In this document: one piece after another, positions 50,194 through 61,800 of the stretch
Numbering within the stretch: position 1 is the stretch's first letter
Layout: the number at the start of each line of letters is the position of its first letter
Assembly (NCBI RefSeq): GCF_963921235.1
Contig: NC_086108.1
Location: 17,856,001 to 17,920,000, forward strand
DNA length: 64,000 nucleotides
Source of the DNA: Mobula hypostoma
Taxonomy: Eukaryota
Reading direction: 5' to 3'
The notes under the pieces: model-generated
What the model was told of the DNA's origin: nothing
Databases searched by the model: none
What the model saw: the letters and a program-made list of their open reading frames with translations, nothing else
Made by a program: the position numbers and the translations under genes

Positions 50194-50267
50194 GAAACAC
50201 GCGTTGAATTGCCACAGAATGAAGCCGGCGCTCTTCAACGTGCTGTGTGAGATCAAAGAGAAAACAG
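50194..50267 (+). CDS. pbx1: PBX-family gene, coding exon 2 (74 bp)
   Basis: Branch-like CACTGAC at 50173-50179 and acceptor TTGCAG|G. Reads (R)KHALNCHRMKPALFNVLCEIKEKT and ends with phase-1 donor AG|GTCAGG. Phase matches exon 1 (CG+G = Arg). Confidence 0.93.
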
Positions 50268-51452
50268 GTCAGGGAAAACTGTTTATGCTTTCGCCACGCC
50301 TGCTGTCTGCTGGGTCTGTTTGTGTGCTTGATGGTTGTGGAGGGAGCTAGGGGAGTGAGAGGTGCACAATCGGTCAGTTTAGCTGGCTCGAGGTGGGGTG
50401 ATCTCGGTACTGCCGGAGTATTTGGAAAAGAAACTTCAACTGGCTTTTTAGGGGAAGAGTTTGTTGACAAGTAGAGGACGTCCTTACAGATGCTGCTTCT
50501 TGCCTTTTGTTATTTTATTCTAAAGCCAACTTTACATTAACACCCTACCTGAAACCAATTCTTATATAAACTTCGTAATTTAGACATGCTTTAACGTTCA
50601 TGAGCGTCTGCTGTGGGCCGTGTTGTTCAAAGGGTTTTCTGGGGCTTATCAGTTCTCGGTAAGGAGAGGGTTAAGTAGAAAAGTGCGCGTTCCCTCCCAT
50701 TGATATTATTGTTCTGAAATAATAACGAGGGCGTACTGACTTTCGAAAGATGGGTTTGCTCTGGAGTTTGATTAGGAACATTCTGTGGTAGGGTTGCTCT
50801 TTAAGGATATATGGATTTTAGTTCAGGGACTGAGAATTAAAAAAAAGATAGAGATGTTGCCAGACAAGTGTTGGCGAAGAAAGTTGCCCTTTGAAGTGTT
50901 TCATAGAAAAGTATGCCGGCTATACTGTCATATTTACACATAGTATGTTGTTACCATCTGTATATGTAGTGACTGTGTATGCAGAGTGTATACTCGTGAT
51001 GGAATATGAAATGACGTGGAGAGCGAACGCTATCAAGTAGTTTCTGACATCTATGCAATGCTAGTGTGTTGAATCATTTATACTTGTGCTTTATTCTGTA
51101 TAATTGCCCAGACATAGTGGACTTGGTACATGTTGTTGTGATGGGATGTTTGCAGATGGAATGTTTCCTCTTGCAAGAGAATCTAAAACTAGGGGTCACT
51201 GTTTATATACTTTTTAAAAATCGCCCATTTAAGAAATTAGGAGATTTGTATTTCTTTCAGTGTGTTATCTTTGGGAATCTTCTCCTCAAGGGCATTCTGA
51301 ATATTCTTAAGGCAGAGATATTCAGATACTTGATATATAGAGGAGTGAAAGGCTGCCAGAGAGTAGCTGGGAATACAGAATAAATGTTGCAAACAAGTTA
51401 AATAATAAAGCAGGCTGGTGGGACAGAGAGGCCTGCTGCCCATCCTAATTAG

Positions 51453-52551
51453 CAGCGGTCCCCAACCACTGGGCCCTGTCACGCCCACTGTTGAGCCATT
51501 CGCACGCGAGGTCATTACTTGCGTGTCATCCATGTCAGCACGGGAAGGAGATCAACTCCTCCAGCCTTGAAATGATGGCGGGCTGAAAAGTATGTTTATC
51601 ATAACATCTCTGCTGGCATTCCGGATCAAAGTCAAGGCTAAATATCCTGAGATAGCCACAGAAACACTGAAAACGTTGCTTCCATTTCCAACATATCTCT
51701 GCAATGAATGCAACGAAAACTAAATTGCGGAATAGACTGGACATAAGGAACCCATTCGAGTATCAGTGTCTCCCATCACCCCTCGATAGGACCGTCTTGT
51801 TGCAGGAAAACGAAGTATTCAGCCCAGGGCTCCCACTGATTCAGCGATATTGGTGCATTGCAATGATTTTATATGTTCATACAAGGAAAATATGCGCTGT
51901 GTGCTTAATATCCAAACATTACTTAAAATGTTATGATGCTATTGATTATAAGTGAATTCTATAACCATATGACAATTACAGCACGGAAATAGGCGATCTC
52001 TCCCTTTCTAGTCCATGCTGAACGCTACTCTCACCTCGTCCCACCGACCTGAACTCAGCCCATAACCCTCCATTCCTTTCCTGTCCATATAGCTGTCCAA
52101 TTTAACTTTAAATGATAATATCGAACCTACCTCTACCACTTCTACTGGAAGTTCGATCAACACTTACTTCAAGCTCCTCTGTCCTCCCGGTATTGCTATA
52201 TTCATGCGAGGAAAATATGGTGTGTTTAATATTAAATTCGTTAGATAAACCTTTTTAGAAATGAAATTGTGTATTAGCCACTTATCACCTATATTCCGGT
52301 CATGATTAACACTGTTCCCCCGCCCCCGAACAGAATCGCCAAAAACGATTTGCGGAAAGAAAATCTGCACGTGCAGGCATGTGCAAATCACGCATGCACG
52401 CTGGTGCCCGCGCAAGGCTTCATGGTCATTGTAGTCTTTTCTGGGTAAACACAACGTATGTGACTGCTATTCTTGTCCGTTGGCAACCGTAACCCGCCCC
52501 CCACCCCCCGGGTCAGCCGGTCCGCAGTGCAAAAAAGGTTGGGGACCCCTG
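51453..52551 (+). mobile_element. Non-autonomous hAT (Charlie-type) DNA transposon with a transposase C-terminal remnant
   Basis: TIRs CAGCGGTCCCCAACC / GGTTGGGGACCCCTG (14 of 15 match); perfect 8-bp TSD CTAATTAG at 51445-51452 and 52552-52559; IKVKAKYPEIAT..LKTLLPFPT.YLC and ATKTKLRNRLDI match the hAT dimerisation domain. Confidence 0.93.
51960..52155 (-). mobile_element. CR1 3'-end fragment nested in the hAT element
   Basis: Reverse complement of the CR1 3' UTR at ~56480-56675 (AAAGTTAAATTGGA..TATATGGACAGGAA..CCGTGCTGTAATTG..ATATGGTTAT). Confidence 0.85.
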
Positions 52552-53016
52552 CTAATTAGTATGCTTCCAATTTCTGTAAAATGTTATCCACTTACCTAGT
52601 TTTGACTCTGTATTTCCAAGTAACCAAATAACTAACAACTTAAAGTTTGCTTCTCATGATATCTATACCTGTCTCTGCTTACACCTCAGGGTGCTCTTTA
52701 ATAACAGCAGCTCAAAGCGGAAAATGTAGGCAACACAAAACTGGCCTCACTGTTTTCTGTAAGAGCTCCTTGGGCCTGCTTTCTAATCAGAGGGTCTGAT
52801 TTGTTATATCTGAATTATTTACATTTATCACATGGAGGTTTTGGGATTCTTAACTCATTTATTTGGCAGACCAAGATGCAGTTTTTCTGCTTTCCAAGTA
52901 AACAACAGAAGAAGCAAAAAACACTCAGTGGGTCAGGCAGCATCTGTGAAGAGTGGTGAGTAAATTCAATTTAACTGTCCTAGCTGTATAGTGGCTGGTT
53001 TGTTTTCCTTGTTGGA

Positions 53017-53125
53017 AATCAGAATCAGAATCAGATTCATTGTTATAATGTGAAATTTATTTTGCAGCAGCAGTACAATATAAAGACATAAATATCTAGA
53101 AATTACAAAAGTAAATAGTGCAGAA
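53017..53125 (-). mobile_element. Rex1-like 3' tail fragment
   Basis: AATCAGAATCAGAATCAG followed by sequence resembling 45120-45200 (GAAATTT...GCAGCAG). Confidence 0.55.
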
Positions 53126-53231
53126 TTATTATCGTTATGTAACAGACCAAACGGCCCATCATTGCGGTAGATTTAATAGTGCTGGATTATTAGATAAATT
53201 GTATCAAATAAAATGAATGTCTGATAATGCT

Positions 53232-53316
53232 AACACGAGGAATTTTGCAGATGCTGGAAATTCAAGCAACACACATCAAAGTTGCTGGTGAACGAGCCAG
53301 CAACTTTGGTGTGTGT
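53232..53316 (-). mobile_element. 85-bp Penelope-like terminal fragment with an inverted segment
   Basis: Reverse complement of the element end at 61472-61533; 14-bp TSD TGTCTGATAATGCT at 53218-53231 and 53317-53330. Confidence 0.85.
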
Positions 53317-54024
53317 TGTCTGATAATGCTCAGTGGTTTGTACAATTAACATTACTGCTGGAGGTTTGAGATGTAACCTCCCGGAAGAATTTAACTGTCA
53401 AATTCGAGACAGCAAACACACCATCAGTGGTGGAGTTGGAGAAGGCTGGGCTGAGTTTTGCAGCTTTTTGCATTCTAGCATTACCCCTCATTAAAAATCA
53501 GCCAGTTCTGCACCTGAGGGGCAGAATGGCCTACTCTACCACCACATATGTTCATCCTCACCCCCTCCTCTACAAAACAGACAGTGAACCATATTGAGCC
53601 GTGGTTGAATAGCTGACAGGCAGGCAGGAAGGACAAGTGCTTGGTGGCTTGCTGGTGCCTGGGTAAATGTGAACTCAGTGCCAAGGAGGAAGAGGGTGTG
53701 GGCAGGTAGGATGGGAGAACTGAGAAGGAAAGGAGTGATACCAATTTGATTGCTTGTCAATGCTGGCTGCTGTGCAATAAAATGAAGAGGCACTCTGACC
53801 CAAAGACCTGTGAAACTACAGCTCTTCCTAGGCTTCACGCCATTTGCACTTATTTACCTGCTGCATTGATTCGAGCCAACCATTCAAATTCTAATGTGTC
53901 TGCCATTTAAAATAAATGTACTTTGACCTTTCTATGGCTTCTTGTCATGTAGTCCTATCTAACTTTACAGTTTGAAAGCACCCTGGCTCTAGTTCATATC
54001 AGCTCAAGTTTAAAAGCTAAACCT

Positions 54025-56675
54025 GGGATAGAATAGGAGGGGCAAGAGGGGGAGGTGTTGCATTGCTTGTCAGAGAAAATATAACAGCGGTCCTCTGGCA
54101 AGATAGATTAGTGGACTCATCCAGGGAGGCTATTTGGGTGGAATTGAGGAATAGGAAAGGTGTAGTGACGCTTATAGGGGTGTTTTATAGACCACCTAAT
54201 GGGGACTGAGAACTGGAGGAGCAAATTTGTAAGGATATAACAGGTATTTGTAGTAAGCACAAAGTTGTGATTGTGGGAGATTTTAATTTTCCACACATAG
54301 ACTGGGAAGCCCATTCTGTAAAAGGGTTGGATGGTTTGGAGTTTGTCAAATGTATGCAAGATAGTTTTTTGCAGCAATACATAGAGGTACCAACGAGAGA
54401 AGGGGCGATGTTGGATCTCCTGTTAGGGAATGAGATAGGGCAGGTGACGGAGGTATGTGTTGGGGAGCACTTCGGGTCCAGTGATCACAATACCATTAGT
54501 TTCAATATAATTATGGAGAAGGATAGGACTGGACCCAGGGTTGAGATTTTTGATTGGAGAAAGGCTAACTTTGAGGAGATGTGAAAGGATTTAGAAGGAG
54601 TGGATTGGGACAATTTGTTTTACGGGAAAGATGTAACAGAGAAATGGAGGTCATTTAAAGGTGAAATTTTGAGGGTACAGGATCTTTATGTTCCTGTTAG
54701 GTTGAAAGGAAAGGTTAAAAGTTTGAGAGAGCCATGGTTTTCAAGGGATATAGGAAACTTGTTCAGAAAAAGAGAGGGATTTACAATAAATATAGGCAGC
54801 TTGGAGTTAATAAGGTGCTCGAGGAATATAAAGAATGTAAAAAGAATCTTAAGACAGAAATTAGAAAAACTAAAAGAGGATATGAGGCTGCTTTAGCAAG
54901 TAAGGTGAAAATAAATCTAAAGGGTTTCTACAGTTATATTAATAGCAAAAGGATAGTGAGGGATAAAATTGGTCCCTTAGAGAATCAGAGTGGATGGCTA
55001 TGTGCGGAGCCAAAAGAGATAGGGGAGATTTTGAACAATTTCTTTTCTTCGGTATTCACTAAAGAGAAGGATATTGAATTGTGTAAGGTAAAGGAAACAA
55101 GAAGGGTAGTTATGGAAAGTATGACGATTAAAGAAGAGGAAGTACTGACGCTTTTAAGGAATATAAAAGTGGATAAGTCTCCGGGTCCGGACAAGATATT
55201 CCCTAGGACCTTGAGGGAAGTTAATGTGGAAATAGCAGGGGCTCTGACAGAAATATTTCAGATGTCATCAGAAACAGGGATAGTGCTGGAGGATTGGCGT
55301 ATTTATCATGTGGTTCCATTGTTTAAAAAGGGTTCTAAGAGTAAACCTAGCAATTATCAGCCTGTGAGTTTGACGTCAGTAGTGGGTAAATTGATGGAAA
55401 GTATTCTTAGAGATGGTATATATAATTATCTGGATGGACAGGGTCTGATTAGGAACAGTCAACATAGATTTGTGCGTGGAAGGTCTTCTTTGACAAATAA
55501 TATTGAATGTTTTGATGAGGTTACTAGGAAAGTTGATGAGGGTAAAGCGGTGGATGTTGTCTATATGGACTTCAGTAAGGCCTTTGACAAGGTTCCACAC
55601 GGAAGGCTAGTTAGGAAGGTTCAATTGCTAGGAATTAATATCGAAGTAGTAAAATGTATTCAGCAGTGGCTGGATGGGAGGCGCCAGAGAGTAGTGGTGA
55701 ATAACTGTGTGTCACATTGGAGGACAGTGTGTAGCGGTGTGCCTCAGGGATCTGTACTGGGTTTAATGTTGTTTGTCATATATATTAATGATCTGGATGA
55801 TGGGGTGGTAAATTGGATTAGTAAGTATGCAGATGATACTAAGGTAGCTGGCGTTGTGGATAATGAAGTAGGTTTTCAAAGCTTGCAGAGAGATTTAGGC
55901 CAGTTAGAAGAGTGGGCTGAAAGATGGTAGATGGAGTTTAATGCTGAAAAATGTGAGGTGCTACATTTTGGGAGGGCTAATCAAAATAGGACATACATGG
56001 TAAATGGTAGGGCATTGAAGAATGCTGTAGAACAGAGGGATCTAGGAATAATGGTGCATAGTTCCCTGAAGGTGGAATCTCATGTGGATAGGATGGTGAA
56101 GAAAGCTTTTGGTTTGCTGGCCTTTATTAATCAGAGCATTGTTCTGGTCACCAAATTATAGGAAAGATGTCAATAAAATTGAGAGAGTACAGAGGAGGTT
56201 TACTAAAATGTTGCCTGGGTTTCATCTCCTAAGTTACAGAGGAAGATTGAACAAGTTAGGTCTTTATTCTTTGGAGTGTAGAAAGTTGAGAGGGGACTTG
56301 ATAGAAGTATTTAAAATTATGAGGGTGATTGATAGAGTTGATGTGGATAGGCTTTTTCCATTGAGAGTGGGGGAGATTCAAACAAGAGGACATGGGTTGA
56401 GAGTTAAAGGACAAACGTTTAGTGGTAACATGAGAGGGAACTTCTTTACTCAGAGTGGTGGCTGTGTGGAAGGAGCTTCCAGCAGAAGTTATTGAGGCAG
56501 GTTCGATGTTGTTGTTTAAAGTTAAATTGGATAGATATATGGACAGGAAGGGTATGGAAGGTTATGGACCGAGTGCAGGTCGGTGGGATTAGGTGAGAGT
56601 AAGAGTTCAGCACAGACTAGAAGGGCCGAGATGGCCTGCTTCCGTGCTGTAATTGTTATATGGTTATATGGTTAT
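54025..56675 (+). mobile_element. CR1-clade LINE, 5'-truncated within the endonuclease; ORF2 disrupted
   Basis: RGGGVALLV, VGDFNFPHIDW, SDHNTI, KSPGPDKI, YQPVSLTS, YMDFSKAFDKVPH, GVPQGSVLG and KYADDTK; stops at 54582 and 55928, one frameshift, a deletion near 56140; TATGGTTA-repeat tail. Confidence 0.95.
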
Positions 56676-56925
56676 TAAGCCCCTGTCCTCCTGCTAGGGT
56701 GGGATAGATCTTCCAGCCAACACTCACACACCTGCTCCAGCAAAAATGCATTAACTACCCATTCCTGTCAATGGCTGCTTTTGTGGAATCCTACCGTTCA
56801 CAAAATAAAAAATGGTTGCTATGCCTGTCTGCATCTGCTTATTGTATTCATGCACTGATAAAGCATGTCACCTTTTTTTCTGCATATGTATCACTATGAT
56901 TACTATTCTTTGAACATGTTGTGTA

Positions 56926-58499
56926 CAGGTTTCCCCCGCCATCCGAAGGTAGAGTGTTCCTATGAAATGGTTCGTAAGCCGAAATGTCGTAAAGCGAGGA
57001 AACAATTACCATTTATTTATATGGGAAAATTTTGTGAGCGTTTGCAGACCCAAAAATAACCTACCAAATCATGCCAAATAACACATAAAACCTAAAATAA
57101 CAGTAACATATAGTAAAAGCAGGAATGATATGATAAATACACAGCCTATATAAAGTAGAAATACTTTTCCACAATCATTGCCGGCACTGTTCTCCGAAGC
57201 GAAAATCTCACGCAAGCGCTCTTGGCAGAAAATCTCACGCAAGCGCTCTCGGCAAAAACACTCTTTCCAGTAACCTTTAAGCTATGAAGATGCCAAATCA
57301 TACCAAATAACACATAAAAATACACAGCCGATATAAAGTAGAAATAATATATGCACAGTGTAGTATCACTTACTGGAATTGGGAAGACAGCGCAGAGCAC
57401 ACTGATGATGGTGTGTTAGACTGAGTCGTCGCAGGCTGGGGTGGTGCAGTGGCCCCCACCCTCCAGGCCGCTGACTGATACATTGCGGCGAAGCATGCAG
57501 CGGTGACCGGGAGGCGCACAGCACATCTTTAAGAAAAAAGCCGAAATAAACATGCTAATTAATTAGGTGCTGCCTGGCACGTAATTGTTGACCCAGATCA
57601 GTGCCGATTGCCGATTGCATTGCCTCTGACCTGGGCCGACATTTACGTGTCGAGCAGCACCTAATTAATTAGCTTGATAATTTGGGCTTTTTTCTTAAAG
57701 ATGTGCTGGGTGCGTCCCAGCTACAGCTGCATTCTCCGCGAATCGGTATCTGTCCACGGCCTGGGTGTTGGGATGGTGGGACGCCAGGGTGTCATCTCAT
57801 CGTTGTCTGTTTCCATTAGAGCAGGCGGCTCATCTTCTCCTGTGAGTGCCCGCCTCAATGTCAAAGGTCGAGGTTTGTTGTCTGCTGTGGCTGATGTGGA
57901 AGGCTTGCTGAGCTTAGCGCATTTTTCTATCATACAGTTCTTTGTAAGCACTCAAACCATCCTGCAAATATGTCCTAAACCTACATACCCTTTCAAAATT
58001 AAAGTTGTACTTTATCATTGCAGTGAAAATCTCACGCAGTTGTTTCACGTTCATTTCGTTACTGCAATCAGTTTAGATTGTTATCCTTTCCTCTTCCAAT
58101 TGCATCAGCTCTTCATCTATCAGTGCTTGGTCATGGGATGCCAAAACCTCTTCAACATCATCTTCGTCAACTTCCACAAGCCAGACTCATGTTGTCCTTA
58201 CTTCATTCACCACGATCAAAACGCTTAATTATGTCTAGTTTTACTCTAAGTTTAACACCCTTACGAGCTCTTTCAGGTTTTTCCAATACCTCAGAACTCA
58301 TCTTGCAAGCGGCTGCTCACAGGCACGTGTTAAAGCAATGCCGTTCCGAATCCGGGGGAGAGTGGCTGCCTTTTATCGCGTGCTGATTTTTTTCGTAACA
58401 GTGAAAACACCTTCTGTTAGCGAAAACAGGGTAGTAATGTAGGTCTTTCGTAACAGTGAGGTTTCGTAAAGCGAACGTTCGAGAAGTGGGGGACACCTG
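56926..58499 (-). mobile_element. Internally deleted Tigger/pogo-like (Tc1/mariner) DNA transposon
   Basis: TA TSDs at 56924-56925 and 58500-58501; imperfect TIRs CAGGTTTCCCCCG / TGGGGGACACCTG. Minus-strand remnants RARKGVKLRVKLDIIKRFDRGE (N-terminal HTH) lie next to DVEEVLASHDQALIDEELMQLEEE (C-terminal). Confidence 0.85.
57448..57775. mobile_element. ~325-bp foldback (MITE-like palindrome) nested in the Tigger-like element
   Basis: Arms CAGCACATCTTTAAGAAAAAAGCC / GGCTTTTTTCTTAAAGATGTGCTG and GCTAATTAATTAGGTGCTGC / GCAGCACCTAATTAATTAGC are perfect inverted matches. Confidence 0.8.
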
Positions 58500-58574
58500 T
58501 ATGTATATGTTGAGGTTTAAGCTGTTTTTAATTTTCTATGAATTTCTAGAACAAGGAAATGAAAGAACCTGAAT

Positions 58575-58945
58575 TAGTAGAATGCCTCCCATGATCTTAG
58601 GATGTCCCAGAAAATTTTACAACAAATGGAAGGCTTTTTTATTTGTGTTTATTATGGGAGTGTAGGGAACCTATTAACATCTGAACTATGCACAGGGTTT
58701 TCCCACGAGAAGCAAGGCGATCACAACTATCTATTACGACAAGGTGGATAGAGGGAAATGTACTGGCAACACTTCTCCCCTTGTTTAAAACAATGCCATA
58801 CTGAAGATGCAAACACGAGGAAATCTGCAGACAGGATTGTATTTTCATGTCTCATCTGAAAGATGCCTCATTTGTCAAAGCAAAGCTCCCTCAATATGGC
58901 ACTAGTATGTTAGATTGTTGGTTCAAGTCTCTGAATTTAAAGCAA
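58575..58945 (-). mobile_element. Old DeuSINE-like (SacSINE1/AmnSINE-type) SINE remnant containing a 21-bp Penelope stub at 58811-58831
   Basis: Minus strand reads CAGAGACTTGA..TGAGGGAG..GCATCTTTCAGATGAGACAT..ATGGCATTGTTTT..TGGGACATCCT, resembling the recalled Deu domain. AAACACGAGGAAATCTGCAG matches the Penelope end at 61515-61534. Confidence 0.55.
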
Positions 58946-59693
58946 GGTCACCTAAAATGTAGATGGAGAATGGAATGTGCTACATATTAGGTGACTTTAT
59001 CCTCTCCCTGTAGTGGGCTGGTGGAGAGCTATTGCAAGTGAGTTAATTGCAGGGGATGAGTTAGGCAGCAGAGGTGGCATCTCCCTCCCTGCACAATTAG
59101 CTCAATCTCTTGCAATGAAGTCAGAGATCACTGACGTGGATTTCAGATGGTTTGCCAGGAGTGGGTTTGGGTGGAGGAAGGGGGCTTTCTGGGTGAGAAA
59201 TTGGTCAGCGTGTTGCTCTGAGGATGAGAAATATGTGTCTATAATACCTTCCCATCATTTACCTTTCCCCTAATCTGTGTTTGGATGCAGCATTAAGGTA
59301 AATTAGAATCAAACACAACTTCAGAGTCTTCCACTCTCATTCTTTGCTTTCCTCTTTACCTACCCACCCCCTTTCACATACCTCTATTATTTCTAACCTT
59401 ACTTCTGTATTTATGCCTCAATCTTTCTTTACCTCCTTTCATTTCATTGTTTCCCTTTCTCTATCCCACTTTACTTTTTAGTTTTCTCTTCACTCAACTG
59501 TGAGTTTTCCTCTTTTCTTCCATCCACTACCTTAACTGCCCTTGCCACCCCAAACTCCTCTCTGAGAATTTGATTGCACCTAATGCACCTCATCTCTATA
59601 AAGACTTGAAGTAAATCATCAGATCAGACAGCATTCTATTTTATCATTAAGAAAATAAAGTCTACTTTTGTGAAAACCTGCGACCATATGTTT

Positions 59694-61537
59694 TGACACT
59701 TCTCACGCCCTGAAACTTTTTGATGATTTTAAGTTCCCTGGTCCCCACCGCTTTATTTTCACTATGGATGTCCAGTCCCTATATACTTCCATCCCCCATC
59801 AGGAAGGTTTCAAAGCTCTCCACTTCTTTTTGGAATCCAGACCTAACCAGTTCCCCTCTACCACTACTTTGCTCCGTCTAGCGAAATTAGTCCTTACTCT
59901 TAATAATTTCTCTTTTCACTCCTCCCACTTCCTCCAAACTAAAGGTGTAGCCATGGGCACCCATATGGGTCCCAGCTATGCCTGCCTTTTTGTTGGCTTT
60001 GTGGAACAATCTATGTTCCAAACCTATTCTGGTATCTGTCCCCCACTTTTCTTTTGCTACATCAACGACTGCATTGGTGCTGCTTCCTGCATGTATGCTG
60101 AGCTCATTGACTTCATTAACCTTGCCTCCATCTTTCACCCTGCCCTCAAGTTTACCTGGTCAATTTCCGACACATCCCTCCCCTTTCTAGATCTTTCTGT
60201 CTCTATCTCTGGAGTCAGCTTATCTACTGATGTCTACTATAAGCCTACTGACTCTCACAGCTATCTGGACTATTCCTCTTCTCACCCTGTCTCTTTCAAA
60301 AATGCCATCCCCTTCTCGCAATTCCTCCGTCTCCACCGCATCTGCTCTCAGGATGAGGCTTTTCATTCCAGGATGAAGGAGATATCCTCCTTTTTTAAAG
60401 AAAGGGGCTTCCCTTCCTCCACCATCAACTCTGCTCTCAAACGCACCTCCCCTGTTTCACGCACATCTGCTCTCACTCCATCCTCCCGCCACCCCACCAG
60501 CCTCCGGGTCCAACATATAATTCTCCGTAACTTCTGCCACCTCCAACGGGATCCCACCACTGAGCACATCTTTCCTTCCCCCCCCCAGCTTTCCGCAGGG
60601 ATTACTCCCTACGCAACTCCCTTGTCTGTTCGTTCCCCCCCACCCCTCCCCACTGATCTCCCTCCTGGCACTTATCCTTGTAAACGGAACAAGTGCTACA
60701 CATGCCGTTACACTTCCTCCCTCACTACCATTCAGGGCCCCAGACAGTCCTTCCAGGTGAGGCGACACTTCACCTGTGAGTCGGCTGGGGTGATATAATG
60801 CATTCGGTGCTCCCGATGTGGCCTTCTATATATTGGCGAGACCCGACACAGACTGGGAGATCATTTTGCTGAACACCTACGCTCTGTCCGCCAGAGAAAG
60901 CAGGATCTCCCAGTGGCCACAAATTTCAATTCCACGTCCCATTCGCATTCTGATATGTTTGTCCACGGCCTCCTCCACTGTCAAGGTGAAGCCACACTCA
61001 GGTTGGAGGAACAACACCTTATCTGGTAGCAACAACATCTGGGTAGCCTCCAACCTGATGGCATGAACATTGACTTCTCAAACTTCCGCTAATGCCCTAC
61101 CTCCCCTTCGTACCCCATCTGTTATTTTTTTATTTATATACACACATTCTTTCTCTCTCTCTCTCTCTCCTTTTTCTCCCTCTGTCCCTATCACTATACC
61201 CCTTGCCCATCCTCTGGATTTCTCCCCCTCCGCCTTTTCTTTCTCCCTAGGCCTCCTGTCCCATGATCCTCTCATATCCCTTTTGCCAATCAACTGTCCA
61301 GCTCTTGGCTCCATCCCTTCCCCTCCTGTCTTCTCCTATCATTTTGGATCTCCCCCTCCCCCTGCCACTTTCAAATCTCTTACTAGTTCTTCTTTCAGTT
61401 AGTCCTGACGAAGGGTCTCGGCCTGAAATGTCGACTGTACCTCTTCCTAGAGATGCTGCCTGGCCTGCTGTGTTCACCAGCAACTTTTATGTGTGTTGCT
61501 TGAAATTCCAGCATCTGCAGATTTCCTCGTGTTTACG
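59694..61537 (+). mobile_element. Penelope-like retroelement, 5'-truncated (RT plus GIY-YIG endonuclease), disrupted
   Basis: MDVQSLYTSIPH, GVAMGTHMGPSYA, YINDCIG and LPFLDL; after a stop at 60796, CIRCSRCGLLYIGET...HFAEH...GMNIDF. Candidate 8-bp TSD ATATGTTT at 59686-59693 and 61538-61545. Confidence 0.93.
61400..61437 (+). ncRNA. Minimal type I hammerhead ribozyme motif in the Penelope terminal repeat, degenerate copy
   Basis: AGTC (stem I), CTGACGA core, AGG..CCT (stem II), GAAA, TGTC cleavage region, GACT (stem I'). Penelope-like elements are known to carry such motifs. Confidence 0.72.
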
Positions 61538-61654
61538 ATATGTTTACTGTATACAAGGTTTTTATTACACCTTATAGTCCTGATCTTCTTTTTCAAATAT
61601 TCCTCTCTGCTTTTCATTCATTGGAACAAATTTCATTGCAATAGGGGATGGGGA

Positions 61655-61664
61655 TGCGCATGCG

Positions 61665-61722
<58 letters not shown>

Positions 61723-61800
61723 TGCATACATGCATCATGCACGCACACATACACACAGGCATGCACACAAACACGCACACACACATGAACAACACACACA
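61655..61800. repeat. (CG)n-(CA)n compound microsatellite with a degenerate CA-rich tail
   Basis: GCGCATGCGCGCGCGCGC(AC)~22 directly visible. Confidence 0.95.

Noticed and set aside
54734..55930. 398-aa RT ORF, and the 344-aa ORF at 59764-60798, as host or active genes
   Set aside because: Both are parts of 5'-truncated retroelements with stops or frameshifts. The Penelope RT also has YIND in place of YIDD.
59040..59100. Possible CTCF site or hairpin (GCAGCAGAGGTGGCA)
   Set aside because: Only the 3' half fits the CTCF consensus and the stem is imperfect; unsupported without conservation data.
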